From Octopus bimaculoides (taxonomy: Eukaryota), in contig NC_068997.1 of the NCBI RefSeq assembly GCF_001194135.2, positions 8,796,042 to 8,828,450 on the forward strand: a stretch of 32,409 bases of DNA, written 5' to 3'. Both the position numbers and the translations under genes were made by a program. Shown here one piece after another: positions 10,093-21,240 of the stretch. A model generated the notes under the pieces. The model was not told where the DNA came from, did not search any database, and saw nothing but the letters and a program-made list of their open reading frames with translations. The first letter of the stretch is position 1. Every line of letters starts with the position of its first letter.

Positions 10093-10194
10093 TATCTAGA
10101 GAAAAATGGTATCACAGATTTGTGCAAAGAGAACTTTTCCTTCAGCACTAAAGCTCCCATTGGGGAATTTTTTGAACAGCGACATGGTGAAAAT
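10093..10194 (+). CDS. BAZ2B: BAZ2 coding exon F (0/0): TAM C-half, YLEKNGITDLCKENFSFSTKAPIGEFFEQRHGEN
   Basis: Acceptor ggttacag|TAT, donor AAT|gtaaga. Contains the YL...NFSFS motif of MBD/TAM domains. Confidence 0.96.
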
Positions 10195-10249
10195 GTAAGA
10201 AGTCTTATTGCTTATCTTTACTTCCATTTATTTTAGCACATCATATTTT

Positions 10250-10972
10250 GTACATGCTTCCCAACACGTGGTCCTGAGTCAACTCCCACTGTATGGCACC
10301 TTGAGCAAGTGTATTTTTACTATAGTCTTGAACCAACCAAAACCTTGTGAGTGGATTTGGTGGATGGAAACTGAAAGAAGCCCATCATATATATATTTAT
10401 GTATGTATGTGTGCATGTGTATCTTTGTGTTTGACTTCCATCATCACTTGACAGCCAGTGTTAGGTGTATTTAGAATAAGTGCTAGGCTTCAATGCCCCA
10501 GCATGGCCACAGTCTAATGACTGAAACAAGTAAAAGATACATTGAACACATCAACATATTAAATATGCATGAAGTCTTTTATCTTTTACTTGTTCCCATC
10601 ATTGGACTGTGGCCATGCTGCAACACTGCCTTGAAGGGTTTTAGTCAAAGAAATTGGCCCCAGCATTTATTTTTAAGTCTGGTATTTATTCTGTCAGTCT
10701 CTTTTGCTGAACCACTAAGTTTCAGGGACATAATGAAACCAACACTGGTTGTCATGGAGTGAATAGGGTGCAAACGCAAAGAGACACACACACACACATA
10801 CCAGCATGGTGCAGGAATGTTAAATGATGATGATGTGATGGTGATGGTGATGATATAATGGGGTTTCACACAGTTTTGATCAGCAAATTTACTCATAAGG
10901 CATTGGCTGGTTTGGGGCTATAGCTACATGATAGGAGACTGAACTTTTTAGCCAAACAGCCATGCTCCTGCC
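10250..10972. mobile_element. Family B SINE cluster: + copy ~10250-10538, - tail ~10586-10810, - head ~10858-10972
   Basis: Homology to 8501-8890 in both orientations. Confidence 0.72.
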
Positions 10973-11007
10973 TACATACTTGTGTTTCTTATATTGTGAA
11001 TATATAA

Positions 11008-11258
11008 GTCAAGTGAGCTGGCAGAATCATTAGCATGCTGGACAAAATGCTTACCAGCATTTCATCCATCTTTACATTGCAAGTTCAAATTCCGGCAAGG
11101 TTGACTTTGCCTTTCATCCTTTTGGGATCGATAAAATTAGTACCAGTTATGCACTGGGGCCGATGTAATCAATTTAATCCCTTCCCCAAAATTTGAGCAT
11201 GCCAGGCAAAAAGCTTGGTGGTATTTCATCTGTCTTCGTGTTCTGAGTTCAGATTTCC
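11008..11258 (+). mobile_element. Family A SINE followed by a second SINE head running into the gap
   Basis: agtgagctggcagaatc...ttcaaattccggcaaggttgactttgcctttcatcc... Confidence 0.8.
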
Positions 11259-11768
11259 NNNNNNNNNNNNNNNNNNNNNNNNNNNNNNNNNNNNNNNNNN
11301 NNNNNNNNNNNNNNNNNNNNNNNNNNNNNNNNNNNNNNNNNNNNNNNNNNNNNNNNNNNNNNNNNNNNNNNNNNNNNNNNNNNNNNNNNNNNNNNNNNNN
11401 NNNNNNNNNNNNNNNNNNNNNNNNNNNNNNNNNNNNNNNNNNNNNNNNNNNNNNNNNNNNNNNNNNNNNNNNNNNNNNNNNNNNNNNNNNNNNNNNNNNN
11501 NNNNNNNNNNNNNNNNNNNNNNNNNNNNNNNNNNNNNNNNNNNNNNNNNNNNNNNNNNNNNNNNNNNNNNNNNNNNNNNNNNNNNNNNNNNNNNNNNNNN
11601 NNNNNNNNNNNNNNNNNNNNNNNNNNNNNNNNNNNNNNNNNNNNNNNNNNNNNNNNNNNNNNNNNNNNNNNNNNNNNNNNNNNNNNNNNNNNNNNNNNNN
11701 NNNNNNNNNNNNNNNNNNNNNNNNNNNNNNNNNNNNNNNNNNNNNNNNNNNNNNNNNNNNNNNNNNNN
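11259..11768. other. Assembly gap predicted to hide a BAZ2 exon
   Basis: 510 N; exon F ends phase 0 and exon G starts phase 1. Confidence 0.6.
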
Positions 11769-11861
11769 CTACAAGACACAGGAAATCTCTAAAGAAAATC
11801 TGAAGTAATTTCTGCCCTCCACTTCTTCTCAACAACATGGTTGTGCCTCTAAGTTCCGGTT

Positions 11862-12057
11862 CTTTTCTACTCTAGGCACAAGGCCCGAAATTTTGGGGGA
11901 GGGGGCAGTCGATTAGATCGACTCCAGTATGCAACTGGTACTTAATTTATCGACCCTGAAAGGATGAAAGGCAAAGTCGACCTCGGTAGAATTTGAAGAT
12001 AGACGAAATGCTGCTCAGCATTTCGCCTGGCGTGCTAACATTTCTTCCAGCTCCCTG
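11862..12057 (-). mobile_element. Family A SINE
   Basis: cttttctactctaggcacaaggcccgaaatttt...gaaaggatgaaaggcaaagtcgacctcgg...ccagctccctgctt. Confidence 0.82.
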
Positions 12058-12217
12058 CTTTAATTTAAGTTCAAATTCTGCCACAGCCAGGATCAATAAA
12101 ATAAATACCAGTTAAGCACTAAGGTTGATGTAATCGCCCCCCCCCCTCCACACCAGTGCTTAACTGAGGTCAGTTACATAGATCTTGTGCCTGTTGTAGA
12201 AAGAATTATCATCATCA

Positions 12218-12252
<35 letters not shown>

Positions 12253-12846
12253 GGTTAGATCTTTGGTCTGAAGGAAGGCACTGTGGTCAATGGCTTAACA
12301 GAATTCTGAGACCAGTAAGATTACTGCAGAGTTAACATTTTTCTTGAAGAGATGCAATTACAGACAAAACCATGAATTAGGAAGGAATTCCAGAAGATTG
12401 CTTTGAGGAGAATTAGGCATAGGAATTAGCGCTGGACTGGGGGTGGGGGTGGGGAAGAACAGTATGTGTGGCAAGAGGAAATGGATGTGTATGTTGAGAG
12501 TAATACCTGAGTAGAGCTGGCATGAGACAAGCCAACTCTGAGGAGGAGAGGTCATTACAAGAGTATTAGCATTGAGAGAAGACAGAGGCTAGAATATGTT
12601 GGCAAGTGACTTTGTGACATGACGTACATTCTTCTCTTGTGCCAATTGTATCTTATTCAATGGCTGTGTCCTTCTAGTACATCTGTACTTGGACAGATCC
12701 AGTCTATCCAAACTGTGAGTGAGAGATTAACAACTAAAAACCACTTGCAAATTAAAACACATGCAACAAAGTGCAACATTTTACATCATGTATTATATTT
12801 TACTGGTGATTGCATCATGTAGTTTGTTTTTTTTTACTTTGTGCAG

Positions 12847-12939
12847 AAGCAGCACAACAAGCAGCAGAATTGAAAATGCAAAGGAAATTAGAACGACAAA
12901 AGCAGAAAGAAATGGCCAAAAAGGTTAAACAAATAAAAG
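12847..12939 (+). CDS. BAZ2B: BAZ2 coding exon G (1/1): (E)AAQQAAELKMQRKLERQKQKEMAKKVKQIK
   Basis: T tract plus gtgcag|AA, donor AAAG|gtcagt. Aligns with BAZ2B QEIARQAAQIKLLRKLQKQEQAR as recalled. Confidence 0.9.
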
Positions 12940-13374
12940 GTCAGTTTATCTATATGGCTTTGCAGTTTAAAAAATCGTTTAATTTTTATTTACAGGCCCT
13001 CCTTTCTTTCTCTATCTCGCCCTCACTCTCTCACACACACACACACACACACATCTGTATTCTGGGCTACAGAGCTTCAATTCATGTTTTACTGAATTTT
13101 GGCTTAAGTTTATTGATTTCTCACTTCAAAAGAATTTTATTTTCAATACTTTTATAAAAATATTTAAATTTTTTTTTTCTGCATTGGAATTCAATAATTT
13201 CTTTATTGAAATTCAATAAAAGAACAACCATAATAATTTTTTTTTTTCTTCTTCAGCCTCCTCTTCATTGCTGTGTTCGCTTCCTTTTTCAGTTAGACAT
13301 TTTTAATTTAGTTTCTTTTCACAAATACACACCGGCAAACACAAATGCATATACATATCGTGCCTGTATATATA

Positions 13375-13433
<59 letters not shown>

Positions 13434-13719
13434 TGTGTGTATTAAAGCTCCTGTTGCTTATAAAGGTATATCTAGATGCACATTTCAAAGGATAAGAATC
13501 TAAGAATGGTGAAGAATAGAAAACAAAACAAACAAAATGGTTATAATGTACCAGTGTGTACAAGACATGTAGAGTATGAGAAGATAAGGAATAGCAAGTA
13601 GTTAGACTTTTTACATTTTCAACCGTTTCATTGTTCACAACGTCCATCTGTAGGAACTTTTACACACACACACACGTATATATATATAAACATACATACA
13701 CTCACATGCATACATGTGC

Positions 13720-13885
13720 ACGCACATACACACACATGAGCATGTGCACTTGCATGTAAAGGACCTTGGGCCAAAATTCACTACTCATAAAGCATTGGTC
13801 AGCCTGAGACAACAGTAGAAGCCACTTGGCCAAGGCAACACACTGTGCTGTGAAGGTCATATCTGGAAGCATGTGGCTGCCAAGC
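13720..13885 (-). mobile_element. Diverged family B SINE head and core
   Basis: aaagcattggtcagcctgagacaacagtagaagccacttggccaaggc...aagcatgtggctgccaagc. Confidence 0.6.
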
Positions 13886-14559
13886 AAACTTCTTGATCAC
13901 ATGTCCGTTGCCACCCTTTATCATACCACTTCCTGTAACGAAGGATGGCATCAGATACTCCTACCATCAGCTTTCTTTACTCTTCATGATCACTCTTTCT
14001 GTTGAAATTCACCTCTCTCTCACTCTCTCTCTCTCTCTCTCTTCATCATCTATCTCAATTGCTACCTATCACTTGCTCTCTCTCTCTCTCTTACTATCTC
14101 TCATTGTTAACATACATCACTCTCTTTCACTTCCATTACTGCCCCCTTCATCATCCTGTCTCCTTCTCTTACTCACTCTTCCCAACCCCCACCCATCATA
14201 CCACCCATGATGCTTTTCTATTCAGTATTCTCATTACCAATAACCCACTGTTAGTTGCTGCCTATCACTGTTTCTCTACCATTACTCCCTCCTCCTACAA
14301 GTCAATTGCTCCTGTCTGTTCCCCCACCAACCCAACCTCTTATACTCATATTCTTTCTTCTCTTACCTGAATTTCCACTTGGTCATCATTGTTTTTTCTA
14401 TTCACATTTACTTTGGACACATAACGACAATGTAAAGTGGGCTCTTTAGCTTTGCAGGAGACAGAGCAACCTTAATCTGAACTAAGAACTAATACCGAAT
14501 AAAAGAGACTCTTTTGTTCCCCCATATGAGAGGACCCCTCTGTTACCAATGGCATTTTA

Positions 14560-15020
14560 AAATGCCCTCTGTCCACATTGTATCACTGTGCCAGCCTGAC
14601 TATTGGATGTTCCTATACATCACTGATCACAATGCACTTCCAGCTCTTTTATGCTTACACCACTCTTTTCCATCTTTACCCAAATCATTTATCTAAATCC
14701 TCTTCTCATCATTGTAGAGGCCTTCCGAGTCGCCTTCTCCAATCTCTTGGATGATAATTGGCAACTGCACAAATCCACCTGGTGTCTTTGAACCTTGTGG
14801 TATATTCGGCCTAGCTGAACTTGAACTTTTGGTATTCTGTGATCATGTCATTCATTCCATTCTGTTCTTGAATTACCTAATTTTGGATCTTCTCTCACAG
14901 TCTCATGGATCTTTCCCTGGCCCCTTGCATCATGGCCACTCTAAATCGTTAAATGGGGTTTTTGCTGCTACTGTTTCTCTGTGTGTGTCACATGACAAAG
15001 ACCTCATCAAAATTTTGTGA
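14560..15020 (-). mobile_element. Decayed RTE-clade LINE C-terminal fragment
   Basis: Minus strand reads ...MQGARERSMRL*EKIQN*VIQEQNGMNDMITEYQKFKFS*AEY..RFKDTRWICAVANYHPRDWRRRLGRP, matching the RTE WAGH...RW...W.PR..KR.RGRP pattern. Confidence 0.7.
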
Positions 15021-15387
15021 AACATCCTTTACAACTTCCTTTTGAACTACTGCAAAAGATGACCTCTTCTCAGTCATCTGAAATAAGAATAAGGTACTAT
15101 ATTGTATATGCTGCAGCAAAAGACAAGAAATCACACAGCAACAGTGTTAGCAGGGCGCTCTTAACAACATTATAAAACACTAGGAAAGGCAATATACTGG
15201 GGCTTGTAGTGTTTAGTGACAAACAGTAAACCACTGCAGGCATAAGAGTAACATTGAGCTCCTAGACACATAGGGGTTTCTAGTAAACAGCCCAACGGGT
15301 CTGCCTTTTGTGATGGCTGGTTTGTTGACAAATTTACACCAAATACATTCTTTTTTTTTAAAATTTATTTTTTTAATAAATATATAA

Positions 15388-15752
15388 GGTGCAGGCATGG
15401 CTGTGTGGTTAAGAAGCTTGCTATACAACCACATGGTTTTGGGTTCAGTTCCACTGTGTGGCACCTCGGGAGCAGGTGCCTTCAATGCCTTGAGAGTGAA
15501 TTTGGTAGACAGAAACTGTGTGGAAGCTCATCATATATACGTGGGGGCGGGGGTAATTCTTTGTGTTTGTCATTTCTTGGCTGCTGGTGTTGGTTTGTTT
15601 ACATCCCTGTAACTTAGTAGTTTAGCAAGAGACCTGTAGAATGCATGCCAGACTTTAAAAAAAGAAAAAGTATTGAGATTAATTGGTCTCTTCAAGATAT
15701 TACACCACCATGGCTGTGGTCCACTGAGTGAAACGAGTAAATGATAAAGATA
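15388..15752 (+). mobile_element. Family B SINE
   Basis: ggtgcaggcatggctgtgtggttaagaagc...gggttcagttccactgtgtggcacctcgg...catggctgtggtcc. Confidence 0.78.
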
Positions 15753-16404
15753 TATGATGATTATCGTTTTTAAAATCATTAAAATTTAGCAGAGTTTCAG
15801 TAAAGGTGAAATGAGCCAATTCCCCAAAATTAGTGGTCATAATTTACAATTTCTGAGAGTCCAGAATTCTTTAATCAGAATATTTCTATATAACACAGGT
15901 TGTGTGTGTGTGTGTGTGTGTAGCGTATGTACATATATGCCAATTTTTCTGTTGATATTAAGAAATATCATGTTAAAATGTTAAAAATTGATTCCTGAAA
16001 ACAATGCGCAGTTATGATGGCACTAAATGTAACTAAACCAATCCTATTCCAGCTGTTTAAGAAGATAAATTAAAGCACTCATTTATTGATTTTGTGCCGA
16101 TATTTTTCAGATATTGGAAATTTGAGAAGAAACAACAAAAGCATTCTCTATTTTGGCTAGATTGAACTAACATTTTTATAATATATAATATTTTATTTTA
16201 TTTTTCCTATCTCTTTGCCATTTGATTCAGAAATGTACTAAATTATGAACAATGAGCTGTAGTGGGAGCAATAAACTAAACAAAAGCGAAGGATATTTTT
16301 TCATCCTGTTGCTCCGAGGAGTCTGAATATAATTTGGATGTTCTTTTAAATCTTTTCCTTCAATGATCCCTACTTAACTATCTTTGGCAAGATGACAGCA
16401 TCAT

Positions 16405-16809
16405 TAAAGAGCCAGGGAAAATGCTTTGTGGTATATCTTTTTGCTCTTTACATTCTGAGTTCAAATCCTGTTATGGCCATTTTTGCCTTTCACCCTTCCA
16501 AGGTTAATTAAAATAAAATACTGTCGAGTACTAGAATTGATGGTACTTACTTCCCTCAAATTTGCTGGCCTTGTGCCAAAATTAGAACATATTATTAAGG
16601 CAGCGAGCTTGCAGAATCATTAGCACGCCAGGTAAAATGCTTAGCAGCATTTCATCTGTCTTTATGTTCTGAGCTCAAATTCCACCGATTCAACTTTGCC
16701 TTTCATCCTTTCAGAATTCATAAATTAAGTACCAGTGAAACACTGGGGTCAATGGAATCAACTTATCCCCTCCCTCAAAATTTCAGGACTTGTGCCTTTA
16801 GTAGAAAGA

Positions 16810-16810
<1 letters not shown>
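16405..16810 (+). mobile_element. Two tandem family A SINEs (~16405-16590; 16597-16810)
   Basis: Two sets of B box plus central domain; the two copies have different tails. Confidence 0.78.
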
Positions 16811-16857
<47 letters not shown>

Positions 16858-17064
16858 GCCTTTGCACAGCTTCTAACGCTGGAGATGTACTACAGTGCCA
16901 GCTGTTCACAACCAGAGAACTAAGGTGACACCTCTTATTTTTCGTGCACCTTCCGGAGTATTCGAGCAGTTCCAAGCATTGCTGTTTTCTGCAAGTGCGC
17001 CACCATTATTGCAGCCCCTATTTGTTCCACGTACTTCTCAAATTTTTGCTCACTGTTACCAGGG

Positions 17065-17117
<53 letters not shown>

Positions 17118-17136
17118 CATCATTATCATTATTATT

Positions 17137-17171
<35 letters not shown>

Positions 17172-17193
17172 TATTATTATTAATTATCATTAT
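16811..17193. repeat. (ATT)n/(ATC)n microsatellite tracts; representative of many across the window (e.g. 179-230, 800-850, 3685-3735, 28340-28380, 29379-29402)
   Basis: Read directly from the sequence. (TA)n, (CA)n, (CT)n and poly-T tracts are also frequent. Confidence 0.97.
16858..17067 (-). mobile_element. R4/Dong-like (RLE-type) non-LTR retrotransposon 3' end, copy 1
   Basis: Reads (G)ALVTVSKN/FEKYVEQIGAAIMVAHLQKTAMLGTARILRKVHEK* then a short 3' UTR. (ATT)n on both sides. Confidence 0.78.
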
Positions 17194-17415
17194 TTCACTT
17201 CTCAGACTTCTTAATTTCTCTTGCTCTGGCTAATTCTGTAAGAGCAGACCTGTTGTCAAGGGTTTCACAGGGTCTGCTTCCACAATACCTATCACTCAAG
17301 TACCAATCTCAAGATATGTGTGCTGTCCTCAATAAAAAGCAGTTTTCTGAGCATCTTCTACCCTCATGTCACGCCCAATATCCCCAACAAATTTCTCAAA
17401 CCTGGTTGTTGATAA
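17194..17415 (-). mobile_element. R4/Dong-like 3' end, copy 2 (different subfamily)
   Basis: Reads STTRFEKFVGDIGRDMRVEDAQKTA..TA..LRLVLE* with frameshifts; 3' UTR differs from copy 1. Confidence 0.68.
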
Positions 17416-17625
17416 TTTTTTTTATTATTAAGTTTGGTCTTTGTGGCCAATAAAGAAAACATTATTATCATTATTATTATTAAGGCAGAAAGTTGGCAGA
17501 ATTGTTAACATGCCAGACAAAAGAAGGATCAGTCTTAACACTTCTGCTATGGAGTATAGCCTTCTTGATTGCAGCAAGGCACCAGGTATCTCAGTCCTTT
17601 GTCATCTCACATGAAAGGTTCATAT

Positions 17626-18074
17626 CATCATCATCATCATCATCATCGTTTAACGTCCGCCTTCCATGCTAGCATGGGTTGGACGATTTGACTGAGGACT
17701 GGTGAAACCAGATGGCTACACCATGCTCANNNNNNNNNNNNNNNNNNNNNNNNNNNNNNNNNNNNNNNNNNNNNNNNNNNNNNNNNNNNNNNNNNNNNNN
17801 NNNNNNNNNNNNCTAGCATGGGTTGGACGATTTGACTGAGGACTGGTGAAACCGGATGGCAACACCAGGCTCCAATCTAATTTGGCAGAGTTTCTACAGC
17901 TGGATGCCCTTCCTAACGCCAACCACTCAGAGAGTGTAGTGGGTGCTTTTACGTGTCACCCGCACAAAAACGGCCACGCTCGAAATGGTGTCTTTTATGT
18001 GCCACCCGCACAAGAGCCAGTCCAGGGGCACTGGCAACGATCTCACTCGAAAACCCTACAAAGGCCAGTCAGGC

Positions 18075-18112
<38 letters not shown>

Positions 18113-18212
18113 TGTACGTATTGTCGTCGTCGTTTAACGTCCGCTTTCCATGCTAGCATGGGTTGGACGATTTGACTGAGGACTGGTGAAACCAGATGGC
18201 TACACCATGCTC
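17626..18212 (-). mobile_element. Cluster of three family C 3' ends around a gap
   Basis: ctagcatgggttggacgatttgactgaggactggtgaaacc occurs three times. Confidence 0.8.
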
Positions 18213-18705
18213 ATAATATTCTAGAGACAGAGCCTTTAAGAGTTCTTGTCTGTCTTGTTTCTAAAAGGACAGTGAATTAGCAATAATTAGATGCAAATTA
18301 TTGACCCTGCTGTTACTTTTGCAGTTTGCTATCATAAAATGAAACTTTATCTGGGTTGTAAAACTTATAAAATTCAGTTTATCATGGTAATAACTTAATC
18401 CTTCTTCCATATCAGGAATAGTTTCTTTTGGCTGGAGACGTTTATTAACACTTTAGAATCCATCTGAAATAGCTTAACTAAAATCTACTTCACTTACAAT
18501 CTTCATTTCTTGAATAAAAAAGAAAGAATGGTAATATAAATATCTTCAATGCCACAAAAGATTCTTAAGTACCAGTACTTAGCTCTGATTCCACTAAACA
18601 GATGGGACACAAACCTTTCTTTAATTAGTATGCTGGTCTATATCAGTTAACGTTTTCAGATGATTATCTGGTAATTATTTATGACAACTAAGGAATTAAA
18701 TGCAC

Positions 18706-19118
18706 AGGTGCTGGTATGGCTGTATGGTAAGAAGTTTAACCCTAGGGTTCAAACCCACTGTGCAGCGCCTTGAGCAAGTGTCTTCTACTATAACCCCAAG
18801 CTGACCAAAGCCTTGTGAGTGAATTTGGTAATCAGAAACTCACTAGTCATATTTAAACAGACATTAAATGATATTGATGTGTGTGTGTGCTTATGTCTCA
18901 TTGTCTTGACATTGTGTAATAGTTGTAAGTGAGTTTCACTGTCATACAAGCAGTGTCATATATTTCCAATATTCTGTGAGAACATGTCTGCTGATGGGGA
19001 AACGTTAACTTGCTTGAAAACAGATGAGGGTTGGCAACAGGAAGAGCATCCAGCCATAGGAAATCTGCCTTTAATAAACTCCTTCTGACCCATGCAAGCA
19101 GAGAAAAGTGGACATTTA
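18706..19118 (+). mobile_element. Family B SINE with alternative RTE-type tail (B2)
   Basis: B head/core, then (TG)n, then tail ending gggttggcaacaggaagagcatccagcc...gtggacatttaacagatgatg. Confidence 0.72.
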
Positions 19119-19124
19119 ACAGAT

Positions 19125-19420
19125 GATGTGTCGGTGGCATGTAAAAGGCACCTTTAAAACATTGGGCCTCACGGGGGCAATGACAATTGACCTTTGGTAA
19201 TATGCTGTGCTTGAGAAGATCCATCAATCCAAGTGAAATCCTAGTGGTGTTACACAGCTGGCACCCCTGACACTCTCAGAGTGGTTGGTGTTAGGAAGGG
19301 CATCCAACTGTAGAAGCCATACCAAATCAGACTGGAGTCTGGTGCAACCCCTCAGCTTACCAGCTCTGGTCAGACCGCCCAACCCATGCCAGCATGGACA
19401 ACAGACATTAAATGATGATG
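19125..19420 (+). mobile_element. Family C-like repeat
   Basis: ggtggcatgtaaaaggcacc...ttggtgttaggaagggcatcc...cagacattaaatgatgatgatg. Confidence 0.72.
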
Positions 19421-19603
19421 ATGTGCTTAAAAAACAGCTGTTGGAGATTTAAAATAAAAGACCTATTTCCGATCAGTGGAAACCATATTTAACTCCAGTC
19501 CGTTCATTTCAGCATATTACAATTTCAGATATTGGTGATGAAAACTGACAGCGATGGAGGCCATATTTTTAGAGTTGCTGCATGTTGTACTTTTTGAGAT
19601 GTT

Positions 19604-19844
19604 GTTAACCCTTTGAGGAACATGTTTCTGATTGCCCGACTTAATCAATCAACTAACTTTACTGTATATTTCTACTTGGAATTGATGCTTAAAACATAAC
19701 TTATCAAAAGGTTCCTACCATAAAATTATGGTGTAAAGGTTTTAATTGAGATATGAACAATTTTAAACAGGCAATTTTCTACCAAAGGACCAGCAGTGGT
19801 ATCCAGTGGGTTGGTCTGAAGAAAAGGAAGTTAATGCTACATTG
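19604..19844 (+). mobile_element. MITE-like family G (TTAACCCTTT end), diverged
   Basis: gttaaccctttg...aaaggttttaattgagat...ttttaaacagg...gtgggttggt...ggaagttaa; related to 27755-27932 and 32212-32409. Confidence 0.55.
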
Positions 19845-19934
19845 ATTGATTTGATGGGAATTAATAATGGTGTTTAACACTGTCTTTTTTCTCTTTTTTT
19901 TTTTTACATTTTCTCCACCAGGCAACTTGTCTCT

Positions 19935-20165
19935 TTTAACTCTCAAGTGTTTAAACTGGCCACATCAAGCCCAAATATTCTGTTTTATGTTCAAACTAGC
20001 CAGATCTGGCTTCTTGCACTCACCCTACAATGTTATTCCAAAAACTAAACCCTACCATCATTAAAACCTGAAAACAAGATAAAGCTACAAGTTAATTAAT
20101 TGTAAATGATGTGAATTAAATAAGAACATTATTTTTGATAGAGTAATCTGAATGTTAAGGTCAAC
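19935..20165 (-). mobile_element. MITE-like family E copy
   Basis: tatgttcaaactagccagatctggc...ccctacaatgttattcc...gagtaatctgaatgttaagg. Confidence 0.68.
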
Positions 20166-20314
20166 CCAAAGACGTATTTCATTTAATTTGTTTTCTCAGT
20201 ATGATTACAGTAAAAAGTTACTTTTTATCTCTATGAACCCCAAGATTTTAGCTTTAGAGGCTTCCAGCTGTCAAAACTGGAGAAATAAATCAATTTCTAT
20301 TGAAAATATTTCTA

Positions 20315-20450
20315 TAGGCGCAAGCATAGCTGTGTGGTAAGAAGCTTGCTTCCCAACCACATGGTTCTTGGGTAAGTGTCTAATATAGCCTTGGGCCAAC
20401 CAAAGCCTTGTAAGTGGATTTGGTAAATGGAAACTGAAAGAAGCCCCTGA
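20315..20450 (+). mobile_element. Family B SINE head and core
   Basis: ggcgcaagcatagctgtgtggtaagaagcttgcttcccaaccac...ggaaactgaaagaagccc. Confidence 0.75.
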
Positions 20451-20814
20451 TATATATCCATGTATATCTATATGTAAAACAAAGTTATTTTATTCCAAAT
20501 GGGTAGAAATATAGGAAAACTAGAAGTTGAAAATGCACTGAGAATAGTTAAAATATTTCTTATATTTAAAGATTTAACCGGTTTCACAGTTCACACTGAT
20601 TTTCAAAAGTTTGAAATAGAAAAATATGGCTCATGTTGCAGCTGTTTTGCTTCTGACTGGTGTTTGAAGCTTGCCCTTTCTATATAAGGAGTTCATGGCT
20701 CAATTTAGGACATGTTTTGAATAGGATTTGATTGGTAGACAACACTGGTTGTCAAGTAGTTTTGTGGGGATTAAACACAGACACATACAACACACACATA
20801 GATATGTATATATG

Positions 20815-21240
20815 GATGCTCCTGTGCAGGTGGCACATAAAATACACCATTTCGAGCGTGGCTGTTGCCAGTATCTCCTGACTGGCCTTCGTGCCAGTGG
20901 CACGTAAAAGCACCCACTACACTCTCGGAGTGGCTGGCGTTAGGAAGGGCATCCAGCTGTAGAAATTCTGCCAGATCAGATTGGAGCCTGGTGTAGCCAT
21001 CTGGCTTCACCAGTCCTCAGTCAAATCGTCCAACCCATNNNNNNNNNNCACACACACATATATATACATATTCTTCCCCGTAACTTAGTGGTTCTGCAGA
21101 AGGAGCCAATAGAATAAATACCTGGCTTTAATTTAAAAAAAAGAAAAAAAGGTACTGGGGTCAATTCATTCAACTAAAATTCAAAGCAGTGCCCCAGCAT
21201 GGCCACAACCAAATGATTGAAACAAGTAGAAGAATAAGAG
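20815..21240 (+). mobile_element. Family C repeat (to the gap at 21039) followed by a family B1 tail
   Basis: ggcgttaggaagggcatccagctgtagaaattc...caaatcgtccaacccat; then cttagtggttctgcagaa...ccccagcatggccac. Confidence 0.75.

Noticed and set aside
11137-11838. Long ORFs spanning N runs (also 21522-22412 and 31256-31885)
   Set aside because: Artefacts of translating assembly gaps.
12678-12714. Candidate 37 nt micro-exon (cttctag|YICTWTDPVYPN|gtgagt) with the 0/1 phases needed to bridge exons F and G
   Set aside because: It makes TAA with the main acceptor (open only with the weaker tandem acceptors), has no similarity to the expected BAZ2 segment and is far too short. It could only be revived by junction reads.
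17626-18212. Apparent triple tandem of family C ends
   Set aside because: The first and third copies share the same truncation junction (ctacaccatgctca) and the first runs into an N gap, so a collapsed or duplicated contig end is the likelier cause.
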